From: a virus
Taxonomy: Duplodnaviria > Caudoviricetes
IMG/VR virus record: IMGVR_UViG_3300017747_005287
Location: 1-50,847 of that record
Strand: one strand, 5' to 3'
Length of the DNA stretch: 50,847 bases
Part shown: positions 1 to 8,381 of the stretch, one piece after another
Layout of the letters: each line of letters begins with the position of its first letter
Numbering within the stretch: position 1 is the stretch's first letter
The notes under the pieces: model-generated
Database searches by the model: none
What the model was told of the DNA's origin: nothing
What the model saw: only the letters and a program-made list of their open reading frames with translations
Position numbers and translations under genes: made by a program

Positions 1-72
1 AGAAGTAGGGGTTTTGAAGTAATATAATTAATGAAATAGTTTGAAAATATATTATATTACTTTGGAAAAAAA

Positions 73-104
73 GTTTTTTGTTTGGAGTAAAGTTCATATA
101 TTTA
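73..104 (+). promoter_or_regulatory. Putative host-sigma (Bacteroidota-type) early promoter
   Basis: GTTT-N20-TATATTTA upstream of ORF 128; same spacing as the other copies but the -33 element is degenerate. Confidence 0.45.
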
Positions 105-127
105 GTTCAAATTAAAAATCAAAAGCT

Positions 128-349
128 ATGAAAAACTTAAGTCGCTTTATCGCCGTTGTACTTTGTCTAGTAACCTGGTACCAAATGTTTATGGACATGT
201 CAAATGAGGGTTTAATCATTGGATTCTTTACTCTATTTGGAGCAATACTCTTTATGTGCTTCTCAATTATGGCCGAACAAAAGGAGCAGATAGAGAGATT
301 AAGGAAAGGGATTGATGCTTATCAGAAAAGTATGAAATATCTTAAATAA
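128..349 (+). CDS. Small membrane protein, two predicted TM helices
   Basis: 73 aa ORF with two hydrophobic stretches and a charged C-terminus. Confidence 0.7.
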   Translation: MKNLSRFIAVVLCLVTWYQMFMDMSNEGLIIGFFTLFGAILFMCFSIMAEQKEQIERLRKGIDAYQKSMKYLK

Positions 350-350
350 A

Positions 351-382
351 GTTGCCTGATTAGTTTGGAGTACTTATCTTTA
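351..382 (+). promoter_or_regulatory. Bacteroidota-type -33/-7 early promoter
   Basis: aaaGTTG-N20-TATCTTTA directly upstream of ORF 406; resembles the TTTG/TAnnTTTG consensus. Confidence 0.6.
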
Positions 383-405
383 GTGCAAACAAAACAATAG
401 AAGTT

Positions 406-1215
406 ATGCCAAGAAATTCATTAGAAATGAGAGCTATGACTCTCGACGAAGTAAGAGCTGCAGCACCTCAAGCTTTTGCAGCTGCCCCGCGTCCGGGCCT
501 TTCTGCTAGGTATGCCTTTCTTCCTACTAGTAGAATTATAGAGGATATGAATCGTTTAGGATGGAGTGTATGTATGGCAAAGGCTAACCGTTCACGTACA
601 CAGATCAATCAAGAGTTTGGTAATCATGTTATCAAGTTCTATCATCCAGAGATCTTTATTCAGGATCAAGGAGGGAATGTAGAGAGCTACATAAATGTAG
701 TAGTGATGAACAATCATGCTGGAGTAGGTACTTTTAAATTCGAACTAGGTATCTTTCGTCTAGTATGCGAGAACGGATTAGTTATAAAGGATACTGATAT
801 GGGATCTTTTAATCTCCGTCACTCAGGCTATTCATTTGATCAGCTGCAGGAGACTATGAATACTGCGATCGAACGTTTGCCTGATTTAGTAGGAAGGATT
901 AATCAGTATAATATGATCACCCTTACTCCGACCCAACAAAAGGAATTTGCTAGACGTGCTATCGCTCTCAGAAGCTATTCCGATCGTGTACCGACCGATG
1001 CTGAACTTGCTGACTTTCTAGCACCTCGCCGTACTCAAGATCAGGGAGATAGTTTGTGGGTAGTAATGAACAGGATTCAAGAGAGTGTCATTAAGGGAGG
1101 CTACCATATGGCCAATGCGAGAGGTAATCAACGTAAGGCTAAGTCGATCCGAAACATTCAAAAGGATATAGAGGTCAATCAAGCCATCTGGGAATTAGGA
1201 ATGGAATATGCTTAA
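406..1215 (+). CDS. DUF932 family protein
   Basis: Motifs LSARYAFLPT, NNHAG..F...GIFRLVCENG, RHSG, PRR..D...LW.V.NRIQE typical of DUF932. Confidence 0.85.
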   Translation: MPRNSLEMRAMTLDEVRAAAPQAFAAAPRPGLSARYAFLPTSRIIEDMNRLGWSVCMAKANRSRTQINQEFGNHVIKFYHPEIFIQDQGGNVESYINVVVMNNHAGVGTFKFELGIFRLVCENGLVIKDTDMGSFNLRHSGYSFDQLQETMNTAIERLPDLVGRINQYNMITLTPTQQKEFARRAIALRSYSDRVPTDAELADFLAPRRTQDQGDSLWVVMNRIQESVIKGGYHMANARGNQRKAKSIRNIQKDIEVNQAIWELGMEYA

Positions 1216-1231
1216 TGCTTGCTTTGGTTTT

Positions 1232-1271
1232 AGCAGGGAGGTCTGTAAAAAGATTCTCTCTGCTTTTTTTT
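1232..1271 (+). terminator. Rho-independent terminator
   Basis: Stem agcagggag/ctctctgct followed by a T8 run just after the DUF932 stop. Confidence 0.8.
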
Positions 1272-1279
1272 AAGAAAAA

Positions 1280-1311
1280 GTTGCTATTGCTTAAAAAAGT
1301 TCGTATCTTTC
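1280..1311 (+). promoter_or_regulatory. Bacteroidota-type early promoter
   Basis: aaaGTTG-N20-TATCTTTC upstream of ORF 1333. Confidence 0.6.
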
Positions 1312-1332
1312 ACACCCATAAAAATTAATGTT

Positions 1333-1533
1333 ATGAAAATTAAATCAACTGCTTACCCAGAGAAGCCTCTGAGCGAAAGCGAATGGATGAAAGAATTTAA
1401 TGTAGGTAAAAGTATCCCTAAGTACGAAGGAAGGGATAGAGCTAGGATGATGATGAACCAATGGATAGCTGAAGGCAATGAGGATGGCTTCAGGGAGATG
1501 ATAAAGCATCTAAAGGTACCAGACCTAGTATAA
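1333..1533 (+). CDS. Hypothetical protein
   Basis: 66 aa ORF directly after a terminator and promoter. Confidence 0.7.
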   Translation: MKIKSTAYPEKPLSESEWMKEFNVGKSIPKYEGRDRARMMMNQWIAEGNEDGFREMIKHLKVPDLV

Positions 1534-1560
1534 AGGAGGAACTAAACACCAATCATAGTT

Positions 1561-2007
1561 ATGAAGAAGATCAATTCAATGTCCCTATTACGGGGCGAGT
1601 CTCTGATCGCCGCAGGCGAGGAGAATGACTGTACAGTCTATGCAGTAGCAACAGCCTTTGGAATGGAGTACGATGCCGCTCATAAAGAGGTGGCCGATCG
1701 TATGAAGCGCCAAGAAGGCCAAGGAGTGGCTAGGAAGAATGTCCTAGAGGCTCTAGAGGAAGGTACTGTATTGAATGGCAAAACCGTTACACGTGTTATC
1801 AAAACACCTACCAAGACTTATAAGGTGTATGGTAATACTATCCCAAGACAGGTACGCCTTAGCTCTTTTGTTAAAGAGAATCCAGAAGGTACTTACCTAA
1901 TCCTTACTAGAGGGCATGCTCTCACGTTAAAGGATGGAGTACTGATGGATAATCGTAAGGAGACTAAATCTAGGGCTCTAGTATCGGTGGCTATCAAAGT
2001 AGACTAA
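1561..2007 (+). CDS. Hypothetical protein, possible papain-like (C39-like) Cys-His peptidase fold
   Basis: NDCTVYAVA (Cys at helix start) and YLILTRGHALTLKDG (His in strand). Confidence 0.55.
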   Translation: MKKINSMSLLRGESLIAAGEENDCTVYAVATAFGMEYDAAHKEVADRMKRQEGQGVARKNVLEALEEGTVLNGKTVTRVIKTPTKTYKVYGNTIPRQVRLSSFVKENPEGTYLILTRGHALTLKDGVLMDNRKETKSRALVSVAIKVD

Positions 2008-2037
2008 GGTCTACATGTCATTCCCGTATCCTATCTT

Positions 2038-2190
2038 CTTCTCGGAGGGACATCTGGTTTCACTTGCACTCAACTGACTGCACACTGCCGTCACCTGACA
2101 GCATCCTATCACCACTGTAATTACAGCTACTAACAGGGTATATGCATATCAGCGGAGCGTGAGTGAAGGGATACCCTCCGGGAAGTTTTT
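2038..2190 (+). ncRNA. Predicted rod-like structured RNA (~150 nt)
   Basis: Long imperfect inverted repeat: 2038-2049/2174-2185 (12 bp), 2052-2055/2169-2172, 2058-2067/2159-2168, 2074-2077/2149-2152, 2079-2082/2143-2146; several G-U pairs on + strand; followed by T5. Confidence 0.5.
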
Positions 2191-2237
2191 AGGTTAAACT
2201 AAAATATATATCATTATAACTTATTATATTTAGGTCT

Positions 2238-2411
2238 ATGAAAAATTTAAACAAAATCGAGTTGTTGATTATCCTTGTTACTGTCGTTTGTATCTTCTTT
2301 AGCGAGTATCTATTTGTCGTTAAGAACGAACCCACCAAGGCCATCTTTATTGGGTTGTGGCCACCAACTATCTTGGGACTATTGAATTATGTCAATTTAA
2401 AAAGAAAGTAA
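2238..2411 (+). CDS. Small membrane protein (57 aa, not in ORF track)
   Basis: MKNLNKIELLIILVTVVCIFFSEYLFVVKNEPTKAIFIGLWPPTILGLLNYVNLKRK; two hydrophobic segments, stop 1 nt before ORF 2413. Confidence 0.75.
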   Translation: MKNLNKIELLIILVTVVCIFFSEYLFVVKNEPTKAIFIGLWPPTILGLLNYVNLKRK

Positions 2412-2412
2412 G

Positions 2413-2760
2413 ATGGAAATTATAGTTTTGTCGTCCATTGTAACGGTTTTATTTATTGTCTTTGGTATTCTAGTGTATAGAGAGTTTTCAAAACCAGAAA
2501 CAAAGGTTTTCGATATTGAGAATAGTCCGCGTGCACAGTTCATTAGGTATATAGGTAAGGTCTTTGATCAGGCCGATTACCGTAATTCTACACCCCAGGT
2601 CAAGGAAATGATTTTAAACAATATTAGAACCGTAGTATCGGATATGGAATCCGAGGGCGTGTATTTTTCACCCGAAATAAAGGAAGAGCTCAAAAAGAGA
2701 AGGGAGGAGATAACTTGCGAATATTCCGGCCTTCCTTCTGTTAAGTCGTATATAGAGTAG
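2413..2760 (+). CDS. Membrane-anchored hypothetical protein
   Basis: N-terminal TM helix; C-terminal CEYSGLPSV. Confidence 0.75.
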   Translation: MEIIVLSSIVTVLFIVFGILVYREFSKPETKVFDIENSPRAQFIRYIGKVFDQADYRNSTPQVKEMILNNIRTVVSDMESEGVYFSPEIKEELKKRREEITCEYSGLPSVKSYIE

Positions 2761-2772
2761 TATTTTTCAGGT

Positions 2773-3063
2773 ATGTGGAGTAATCGGTATGTTCGGAGTC
2801 TCGTGAAAATAGGTTACCCCTTCATCTTTAGGGGGGAGTATTGTTGTATAACTCGTTTAAAACCATGGGGTTTTGAGTATAGTACTATGGAGAAACCTTT
2901 AGGTAACTATATGAGTTTCAAGTATTTCCAAACCATTCCACACTTTCGTTCGAAGTTTAGACCTCAAGATTTCCGGCAAAAAAGTTTGGATTTCCAAAAG
3001 AAACCTCTACCTTTATGGGAGCAGGTAGTGATAAACTTGCTAGAAAAATTTCCGCGAAAGTAA
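2773..3063 (+). CDS. Hypothetical protein
   Basis: 96 aa ORF in operon context. Confidence 0.55.
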   Translation: MWSNRYVRSLVKIGYPFIFRGEYCCITRLKPWGFEYSTMEKPLGNYMSFKYFQTIPHFRSKFRPQDFRQKSLDFQKKPLPLWEQVVINLLEKFPRK

Positions 3064-3075
3064 AAAATATATATT

Positions 3076-3252
3076 ATGGTAGGACTTATGATCTTTCAAA
3101 TCTCCGTTTTCCTTGTCGGATTTACGGCCATGGCATGGGTATTGAAATTATTTAGATCCTCATTTGATACCAAGAAGGAGTATAATACCCAGATGCTAAC
3201 CTCCCTTCTATTCTTTATTCTTACCTCTTATCTCTCCCTTTACATATGCTAA
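3076..3252 (+). CDS. Small membrane protein (58 aa, not in ORF track)
   Basis: MVGLMIFQISVFLVGFTAMAWVLKLFRSSFDTKKEYNTQMLTSLLFFILTSYLSLYIC; fills the gap and overlaps the start of ORF 3246. Confidence 0.6.
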   Translation: MVGLMIFQISVFLVGFTAMAWVLKLFRSSFDTKKEYNTQMLTSLLFFILTSYLSLYIC

Positions 3253-3494
3253 AGCGTATTACTGAGGAAGAGGCACTAAATTATTCCCCTCTTATTCCGG
3301 GGGATCCTTTATTATGTCATAAGGCCCACGCCTTCACCCTCACTCGTGATCCTAAAGATCCTAAGTGGGAGATCGTGACCTATTATACTGATAATTCTCT
3401 CCCTTTATATCTCTTACATCCTCTTGAAATTATGTATAAGGAGTGGGATAATACAGGTCTTAAAAAAGATACGGGAGATGAAGGGGTCTCTTAG
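3246..3494 (+). CDS. Hypothetical protein
   Basis: 82 aa ORF. Confidence 0.55.
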   Translation: MLKRITEEEALNYSPLIPGDPLLCHKAHAFTLTRDPKDPKWEIVTYYTDNSLPLYLLHPLEIMYKEWDNTGLKKDTGDEGVS

Positions 3495-3512
3495 TCTTAT
3501 CTATGTATAGAT

Positions 3513-3770
3513 ATGAGAAAGAAGGTCAAAGAAGGTAGCGGGATGATTGCATCGGCACCTGGGCCTGCACTAGCTGAACCTAATTTTATCGAGCTTCTGG
3601 CACGCGAGATTGAAAAGCTCCACGACACCGCCCGCATTGATGGAAGGGTCTACGGCCGTGCACGCGATCTATTGCCTCTACTGCGTAGAAGTATATTTAA
3701 TATATATGGGAGGCAGGACCGGGGACTCGAACGCGCTCTAATGTTTTTACTTAAACAAGCCTGCCGGTAA
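3513..3770 (+). CDS. Hypothetical protein
   Basis: 85 aa ORF. Confidence 0.5.
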   Translation: MRKKVKEGSGMIASAPGPALAEPNFIELLAREIEKLHDTARIDGRVYGRARDLLPLLRRSIFNIYGRQDRGLERALMFLLKQACR

Positions 3771-3772
3771 GC

Positions 3773-3779
3773 TATTTAT
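3773..3779 (+). promoter_or_regulatory. TATTTAT motif (putative late promoter)
   Basis: One of 15 copies placed shortly upstream of gene starts. Confidence 0.5.
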
Positions 3780-3783
3780 GTAG

Positions 3784-4485
3784 GTGAATCAACACCTAAC
3801 CATTGTAATTCCGTCCAAGAATGAGGGTAGGGGTGTTGTTGATGTTATTAAGCTAATTTTAACTCAAGTAGAGTGTAGGATAATAGTGGCCGATTCTTCT
3901 GATGAAGAGTCTTCTATTTTACTTCTCGAGAAATATTCAAAGCTCTATCCTAGCCTAAAAATCGTAAAGGGAGGCCTTCCTTCTGTAGCCCGCAATAGGG
4001 GAGCTAAGTTAGTTACTACTCCCTACGTTTTATTCCTAGATGCTGATACTTACGTTCTAAATCCTTTTCTGATAGAGTATTGCCTTAATGTAGCTATTAA
4101 GGAAAAATACGATCTGGTTACCTGTAAATTTAAAACAGATAAGCCTTACAGGTGGTTATACAGGGTTTTTGATGTAGTACAATGGATTACTTCATTTACT
4201 AGACCTTTTGCGCTCGGAGGTTTTATGTTATTTAAAACAGAAACATTTAACAAATTAGGAGGATTTAATGAAGAGGATAAAGTGGCTGAAGACTATAGGC
4301 TCAGCTCAAAAATTAAACCTAAAAAGTTTAAAATCGTTAATGGTTATGTATATACTCCAAGTAGAAGATTTAATAAAAAAGGTGTATGGTATATGATTAA
4401 GCTGATGTGGAAATCTTGGATTAATAAAAATAATGATAATTTTTTTAAACACGATCAAAACTATTGGAATGAAAAAAGTAGTTAA
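3784..4485 (+). CDS. Glycosyltransferase family 2
   Basis: TIVIPSKNE, IIVADSS, ARNRGA, VLFLDAD (DxD), GGFNE...AED. Confidence 0.92.
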   Translation: MNQHLTIVIPSKNEGRGVVDVIKLILTQVECRIIVADSSDEESSILLLEKYSKLYPSLKIVKGGLPSVARNRGAKLVTTPYVLFLDADTYVLNPFLIEYCLNVAIKEKYDLVTCKFKTDKPYRWLYRVFDVVQWITSFTRPFALGGFMLFKTETFNKLGGFNEEDKVAEDYRLSSKIKPKKFKIVNGYVYTPSRRFNKKGVWYMIKLMWKSWINKNNDNFFKHDQNYWNEKSS

Positions 4486-4558
4486 AGACTTTGAATTAAT
4501 ACTTGTTTTGACGTTTTTAGGGATGACATTATTAACCCTACTATTTTCTAGTGTATGA
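4469..4558 (+). CDS. 29 aa hydrophobic micro-protein (not in ORF track)
   Basis: MKKVVKDFELILVLTFLGMTLLTLLFSSV; overlaps the GT2 end, and its TGA overlaps the next ATG (ATGA). Confidence 0.5.
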   Translation: MKKVVKDFELILVLTFLGMTLLTLLFSSV

Positions 4559-5295
4559 AATATCAAGTAGTGATAGTATCGGATTTACATTTGGGTACAA
4601 AAGATTCTAAAGCAGAGGAATTTTTAGAGTTTATTGATAATCATCCTACTAATCTCCTGATATTAAACGGGGATATTATTGATGGGTGGGCTTTAAATAG
4701 GGGAGCTAGATGGAAAAAATATCACACTAAAGTTATATCTAAGCTACTTAAATTATCTAATAAGACGAGAATAATTTGGATAAGAGGTAATCACGATGAA
4801 TTCATACAAGAATTTATTGGATCTCATTTTGGAAATATAGAGATAAAAGAGGACCATGTACTGGAATACTCAGAACATATTGAATATGGTATATGGAAAA
4901 GAAAATGTTATTATGTTTTTCACGGTGATGTTATCGATGTATTCATTACCAAGTATAAGTGGTTGTCAAAAATAGGCGCTGTTGGTTACGATTTTGCTCT
5001 GTGGCTAAACCGCTGGTATAACAGGTATCGCAAATGGCGTAAATTACCGTACCAGTCTATTTCACAAAGAATCAAAGCCGGTGTTAAACAGGCTACAATG
5101 TATATCAACGATTATGAGACGGCGGCTCTTAAAATGGCAGAGAAGAAAGGATGTGATGGGGTTATTTGCGGGCATATTCATCAGCCAGAAGACAGGATGA
5201 TTAACGGAAAGCGTTACTTGAATAGCGGTGATTGGGTAGAGAATATGAGTGCGGTACTAATTGATTCTGAAGGGAAGATATCGTTATTTAATTAA
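4555..5295 (+). CDS. UDP-2,3-diacylglucosamine diphosphatase-like (LpxH-type) metallophosphoesterase
   Basis: SDLHLG, LNGDIIDGW, GNHD, HGD, CGHIH, NSGDW calcineurin-like motifs. Confidence 0.88.
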   Translation: MKYQVVIVSDLHLGTKDSKAEEFLEFIDNHPTNLLILNGDIIDGWALNRGARWKKYHTKVISKLLKLSNKTRIIWIRGNHDEFIQEFIGSHFGNIEIKEDHVLEYSEHIEYGIWKRKCYYVFHGDVIDVFITKYKWLSKIGAVGYDFALWLNRWYNRYRKWRKLPYQSISQRIKAGVKQATMYINDYETAALKMAEKKGCDGVICGHIHQPEDRMINGKRYLNSGDWVENMSAVLIDSEGKISLFN

Positions 5296-5308
5296 CTACA
5301 TCTTCTGA

Positions 5309-5315
5309 TATTTAT
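5309..5315 (+). promoter_or_regulatory. TATTTAT motif (putative late promoter)
   Basis: 4 nt before ATG 5320. Confidence 0.6.
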
Positions 5316-5319
5316 TACT

Positions 5320-5808
5320 ATGAGTAAGAAACTTTTAAACGAAATACGCCGCTTTCGAAAATTAGCCGGTATTAAAAAAGAAATGCGTATAGGACCTGAT
5401 GGTTCTCTCATGTCCGATCAAGAGGCTGTAGATAAGGCTATCGAAGGTCATACCGGCAGTCTTGCAAAAATTTTAAAAGCATTAAATAAAGATCCTCAAT
5501 ATACAAGAGCGAGACAGGCCCTTGATGCTTGGATTAAGACTATAGCCGAAAAATTGAGTATAGATCCTGATAGTGTTCCGAAGAATCATAATACGTTTTC
5601 CGGAGAACATTCTTATGGAGAGGCGTTACCTATAATTAAGCAAATTTTTATCGATTTGATTTCCGGAGACCAAGAGGAGGAATTGATGGAAGATGATTAT
5701 ACCGAAGATCCTAGTACTATTCCTTCTGGAGATACTGATGCTATGAATATTGCTGAAGATGATTTTAGTGCTACTATGCACGCCGTCGATGATGACCCTG
5801 TAGTATAA
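5320..5808 (+). CDS. Putative internal head protein with LAGI leader
   Basis: MSKKLLNEIRRFRKLAGIKKE leader, acidic C-terminus, late motif upstream. Confidence 0.65.
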   Translation: MSKKLLNEIRRFRKLAGIKKEMRIGPDGSLMSDQEAVDKAIEGHTGSLAKILKALNKDPQYTRARQALDAWIKTIAEKLSIDPDSVPKNHNTFSGEHSYGEALPIIKQIFIDLISGDQEEELMEDDYTEDPSTIPSGDTDAMNIAEDDFSATMHAVDDDPVV

Positions 5809-5833
5809 AGTAAGTCTTTCATTCTGAGATAAC

Positions 5834-5858
5834 GAGCACCCTCTTTATGGGGGTGTTC
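5834..5858 (+). terminator. Hairpin, probable terminator
   Basis: gagcaccctc/gggggtgttc 10 bp stem, weak T tail. Confidence 0.5.
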
Positions 5859-5870
5859 CTATTTATTACT

Positions 5871-6275
5871 GTGATCAAACTGTCTGACTTAATAAAAGAA
5901 TTCGATATTCAACCTAGCGAGAAGGCTAAGATGAAAAATTTTCTTTATCGAGGATCTAGAGATCAAATTGATATTCATCCTAATAGATTTAATGTTATAG
6001 GGAGTAAGCCTGGTACTATCGAAGGGAAAGGTCCTCTGGATACTTCTGATCATCCGGAAAATAAAAATACATCTCAAATCTATAATAACGGATATCCATG
6101 GAACGTTCCTGAAGCGGGCGGAATTTTTGAGAACGAAGAGGAAAGGATTTTTCAAGCCCTTATTGGAAGGGAGTTTCAGACCCTTGAAGATGTTAAGAAA
6201 ATGGCATCGAGATTGAGACAAGCAGGTTTTGCTCAATCAGATATAGAAGAATTTATTAGAACTTATTTAATGTAA
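5871..6275 (+). CDS. Putative internal head protein (GTG start, MIKLSDLIKE leader)
   Basis: The ORF-track ATG at 5847 lies inside a hairpin; TATTTAT at 5860-5866 precedes GTG 5871, giving the MIKL..L..E leader seen elsewhere. Confidence 0.7.
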   Translation: MIKLSDLIKEFDIQPSEKAKMKNFLYRGSRDQIDIHPNRFNVIGSKPGTIEGKGPLDTSDHPENKNTSQIYNNGYPWNVPEAGGIFENEEERIFQALIGREFQTLEDVKKMASRLRQAGFAQSDIEEFIRTYLM

Positions 6276-6279
6276 ATAT

Positions 6280-6954
6280 ATGGATCAGTTTAATTTAAAG
6301 CAGTGGTTAATTGAAAATAAGGCAGGTGTTTATTCTAGAACCTCTTTAAATGAGGCTTTAGACCCGGAAAAAGCATTTGCTGACGATAATACAAGTAGAG
6401 ATGATCTACAAGAAGTAGATCCGGCCGCTCTTGGTCTTGGACAGGCTGTGGCAGATAGGGAAATGCAAAAGCAAGATGATTTGAATAGCGATATGGTAGA
6501 TAATGCTAGTATGGGTGTAGTAGCAGAGGGGGATAAGGGATCTATAGAAGTTAAAGTTGAAGACTGGGAGGTAACTATCCTTGGGAAGGATCACATTATT
6601 GATGCAGAAGTAGATGTCGATTACCACGAAGAGGGGGATGAATATGTAGATCATATGGTAGTAAGTCCTGGCGGAGTTTTTATTGATAGTGCTGTTGCGA
6701 GAATTACTAAGCTAGGGGTTGAAGAAGGAGATACATACAGAGATGTTACTGATCCTGCTTATATTAAACAGATAGAAGATTTAATTAATAAAGATCCTAA
6801 GCTTAATAGAAAGCTTGAAGATGCAGCTAGTGATAGTGCAGATTTTCAGAATTTTGACCCATCCGATAGCTACAATGAGCCTGATGATATGGATGAGACA
6901 GTTGGATATGCAATGATAACTAAACCTTCAGATCCTGCAGAAAGAGGTGAGTGA
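6280..6954 (+). CDS. Acidic putative internal head protein
   Basis: MDQFNLKQWLIEN leader, multiple L/V-x-E sites. Confidence 0.7.
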   Translation: MDQFNLKQWLIENKAGVYSRTSLNEALDPEKAFADDNTSRDDLQEVDPAALGLGQAVADREMQKQDDLNSDMVDNASMGVVAEGDKGSIEVKVEDWEVTILGKDHIIDAEVDVDYHEEGDEYVDHMVVSPGGVFIDSAVARITKLGVEEGDTYRDVTDPAYIKQIEDLINKDPKLNRKLEDAASDSADFQNFDPSDSYNEPDDMDETVGYAMITKPSDPAERGE

Positions 6955-6957
6955 AAA

Positions 6958-6989
6958 GTTGGAAATGTGAAAAAAATTTCATAACTTCT
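6958..6989 (+). promoter_or_regulatory. Bacteroidota-type early promoter
   Basis: aaaGTTG-N20-TAACTT upstream of glutaredoxin. Confidence 0.5.
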
Positions 6990-7053
6990 TTTTATAAGTA
7001 AAAAATATTTCTCTTTCTTAAGAAAAGGAAATAAGAAAAAAGAAAAATAAAAA

Positions 7054-7368
7054 ATGAAAAAAGTAACGGTTTTGCGGCTTAGTGGGTGTCGTTACTGTGA
7101 AGAGTTGATTAATAAGTTAGAGCTTTATGAAGTTAAGTATGAGTTGATCGATGCTGATGAGGATTGGAGATTTGCAGATAGAGTAGAGGAGATAGTAGAT
7201 GCAAGTAGTTATCCTATGATTATTATAGAGGATAAAGGGTTTTTAACTTTTTACATATTTAGGGCTGAAAGTGTAGATCAAATAGGAGAGGCTTCTTTAC
7301 AAAGGGCTGTAAAGATTGGGGCAATGTCGATTGATTCAATGGTAGATATAACTTTAAATTTAATATAA
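7054..7368 (+). CDS. Glutaredoxin/thioredoxin-fold protein
   Basis: N-terminal CRYC (CxxC) and cis-Pro motif SYPMI. Confidence 0.8.
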   Translation: MKKVTVLRLSGCRYCEELINKLELYEVKYELIDADEDWRFADRVEEIVDASSYPMIIIEDKGFLTFYIFRAESVDQIGEASLQRAVKIGAMSIDSMVDITLNLI

Positions 7369-7369
7369 T

Positions 7370-7552
7370 ATGCGTTATAAAGCTTTAGTTACGACTAAAT
7401 TAGAAGCTCTCGATAATTCTATTAGCGGTATCGTTTCATTACTTTCACAACCAAATTTTACAAGAGAGCAGCTCGAAGATTGGAGAAGGAAAGTAAAGGA
7501 GAAGATTTCAGATATTCAGACCCTTGTTAATTCTGAGCAAGAATCTTTTTAA
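7370..7552 (+). CDS. Hypothetical helical protein
   Basis: 60 aa ORF 1 nt after glutaredoxin. Confidence 0.7.
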   Translation: MRYKALVTTKLEALDNSISGIVSLLSQPNFTREQLEDWRRKVKEKISDIQTLVNSEQESF

Positions 7553-7557
7553 ATAAA

Positions 7558-7589
7558 GTTGCTTTTATCTTTATTTGTAGTTATATTAT
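7558..7589 (+). promoter_or_regulatory. Bacteroidota-type early promoter
   Basis: aaaGTTG-N20-TATATT upstream of the HD gene. Confidence 0.55.
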
Positions 7590-7606
7590 AGTATAATCAT
7601 GTCTAT

Positions 7607-8380
7607 ATGTTAACACCAGAACAAATTGAGAGCAACCTGCTTAAGTTTTACAGAGTAATTTCAGATCATATTTCAGAACCGAGAGCTACGAAACTCTTAA
7701 ATCTCTATCAGTCTCAAGAAGAGAATTTAACCCTAGCTCCTGCATCCTCTCGTACAGCCTTTCATAATGCCTTTCCTGGTGGTTATGTAGATCACGTACT
7801 AAGGGTGGTAGAAGCTGCACTTGCCCTTTACGAAGTATGGGAGCAATTCGGTTCAGATATGACGACTTTTTCACAAGAGGAGCTAGTATTCTCTGCCCTC
7901 AACCACGACCTCGGTAAATTAGGACGTAACGGTAAACCCTCTTACTTACCTAATGATTCAGAATGGCATATCAAGAATCAAGGAGCAATGTATAAACCTA
8001 ACGCCGAACTACCTTTTATTCCGATTCAAGACGCTTCTTTATTTATCCTACAATCAGCCGGAATCGAAATGTCGTTTAACGAATTTGTAGCCATTAAGAT
8101 TCATGACGGACCTTATGACGACGGTAATAAAGCATATCTCTTCTCAAGTCAAAATGAATCTAAATTAAGAACATCGCTCCCTTATATTTTACATCAAGCT
8201 GATATTCTAGCTGCAAGAGTAGAGTGGGAAAAGGAATGGAGCGGTAAGGTAGGCGTAGCGAAATCAAAAGAAGTAAAACCTGCTACTGCTACTCAATTTA
8301 AACAAGCCGCTGAAGCTAAAAAGTTATCAAATATCGGGAGTAAGAATCCTGGATTATTAAACGCCTTAAAAGAATTATAA
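7607..8380 (+). CDS. HD-domain phosphohydrolase (YhaM-like)
   Basis: PAS...H.AFPGG..DH and ALNHDLGK, IHDG, LHQAD. Confidence 0.85.
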   Translation: MLTPEQIESNLLKFYRVISDHISEPRATKLLNLYQSQEENLTLAPASSRTAFHNAFPGGYVDHVLRVVEAALALYEVWEQFGSDMTTFSQEELVFSALNHDLGKLGRNGKPSYLPNDSEWHIKNQGAMYKPNAELPFIPIQDASLFILQSAGIEMSFNEFVAIKIHDGPYDDGNKAYLFSSQNESKLRTSLPYILHQADILAARVEWEKEWSGKVGVAKSKEVKPATATQFKQAAEAKKLSNIGSKNPGLLNALKEL

Positions 8381-8381
8381 C

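Noticed and set aside
2985-3015. Additional TTTG-N19-TACCTTTA promoter
   Set aside because: Lies within ORF 2773 with different spacing; plausible but not supported enough to list
5847-5870. ORF-track start at 5847
   Set aside because: ATG lies inside a hairpin upstream of the late motif; GTG 5871 gives the shared leader
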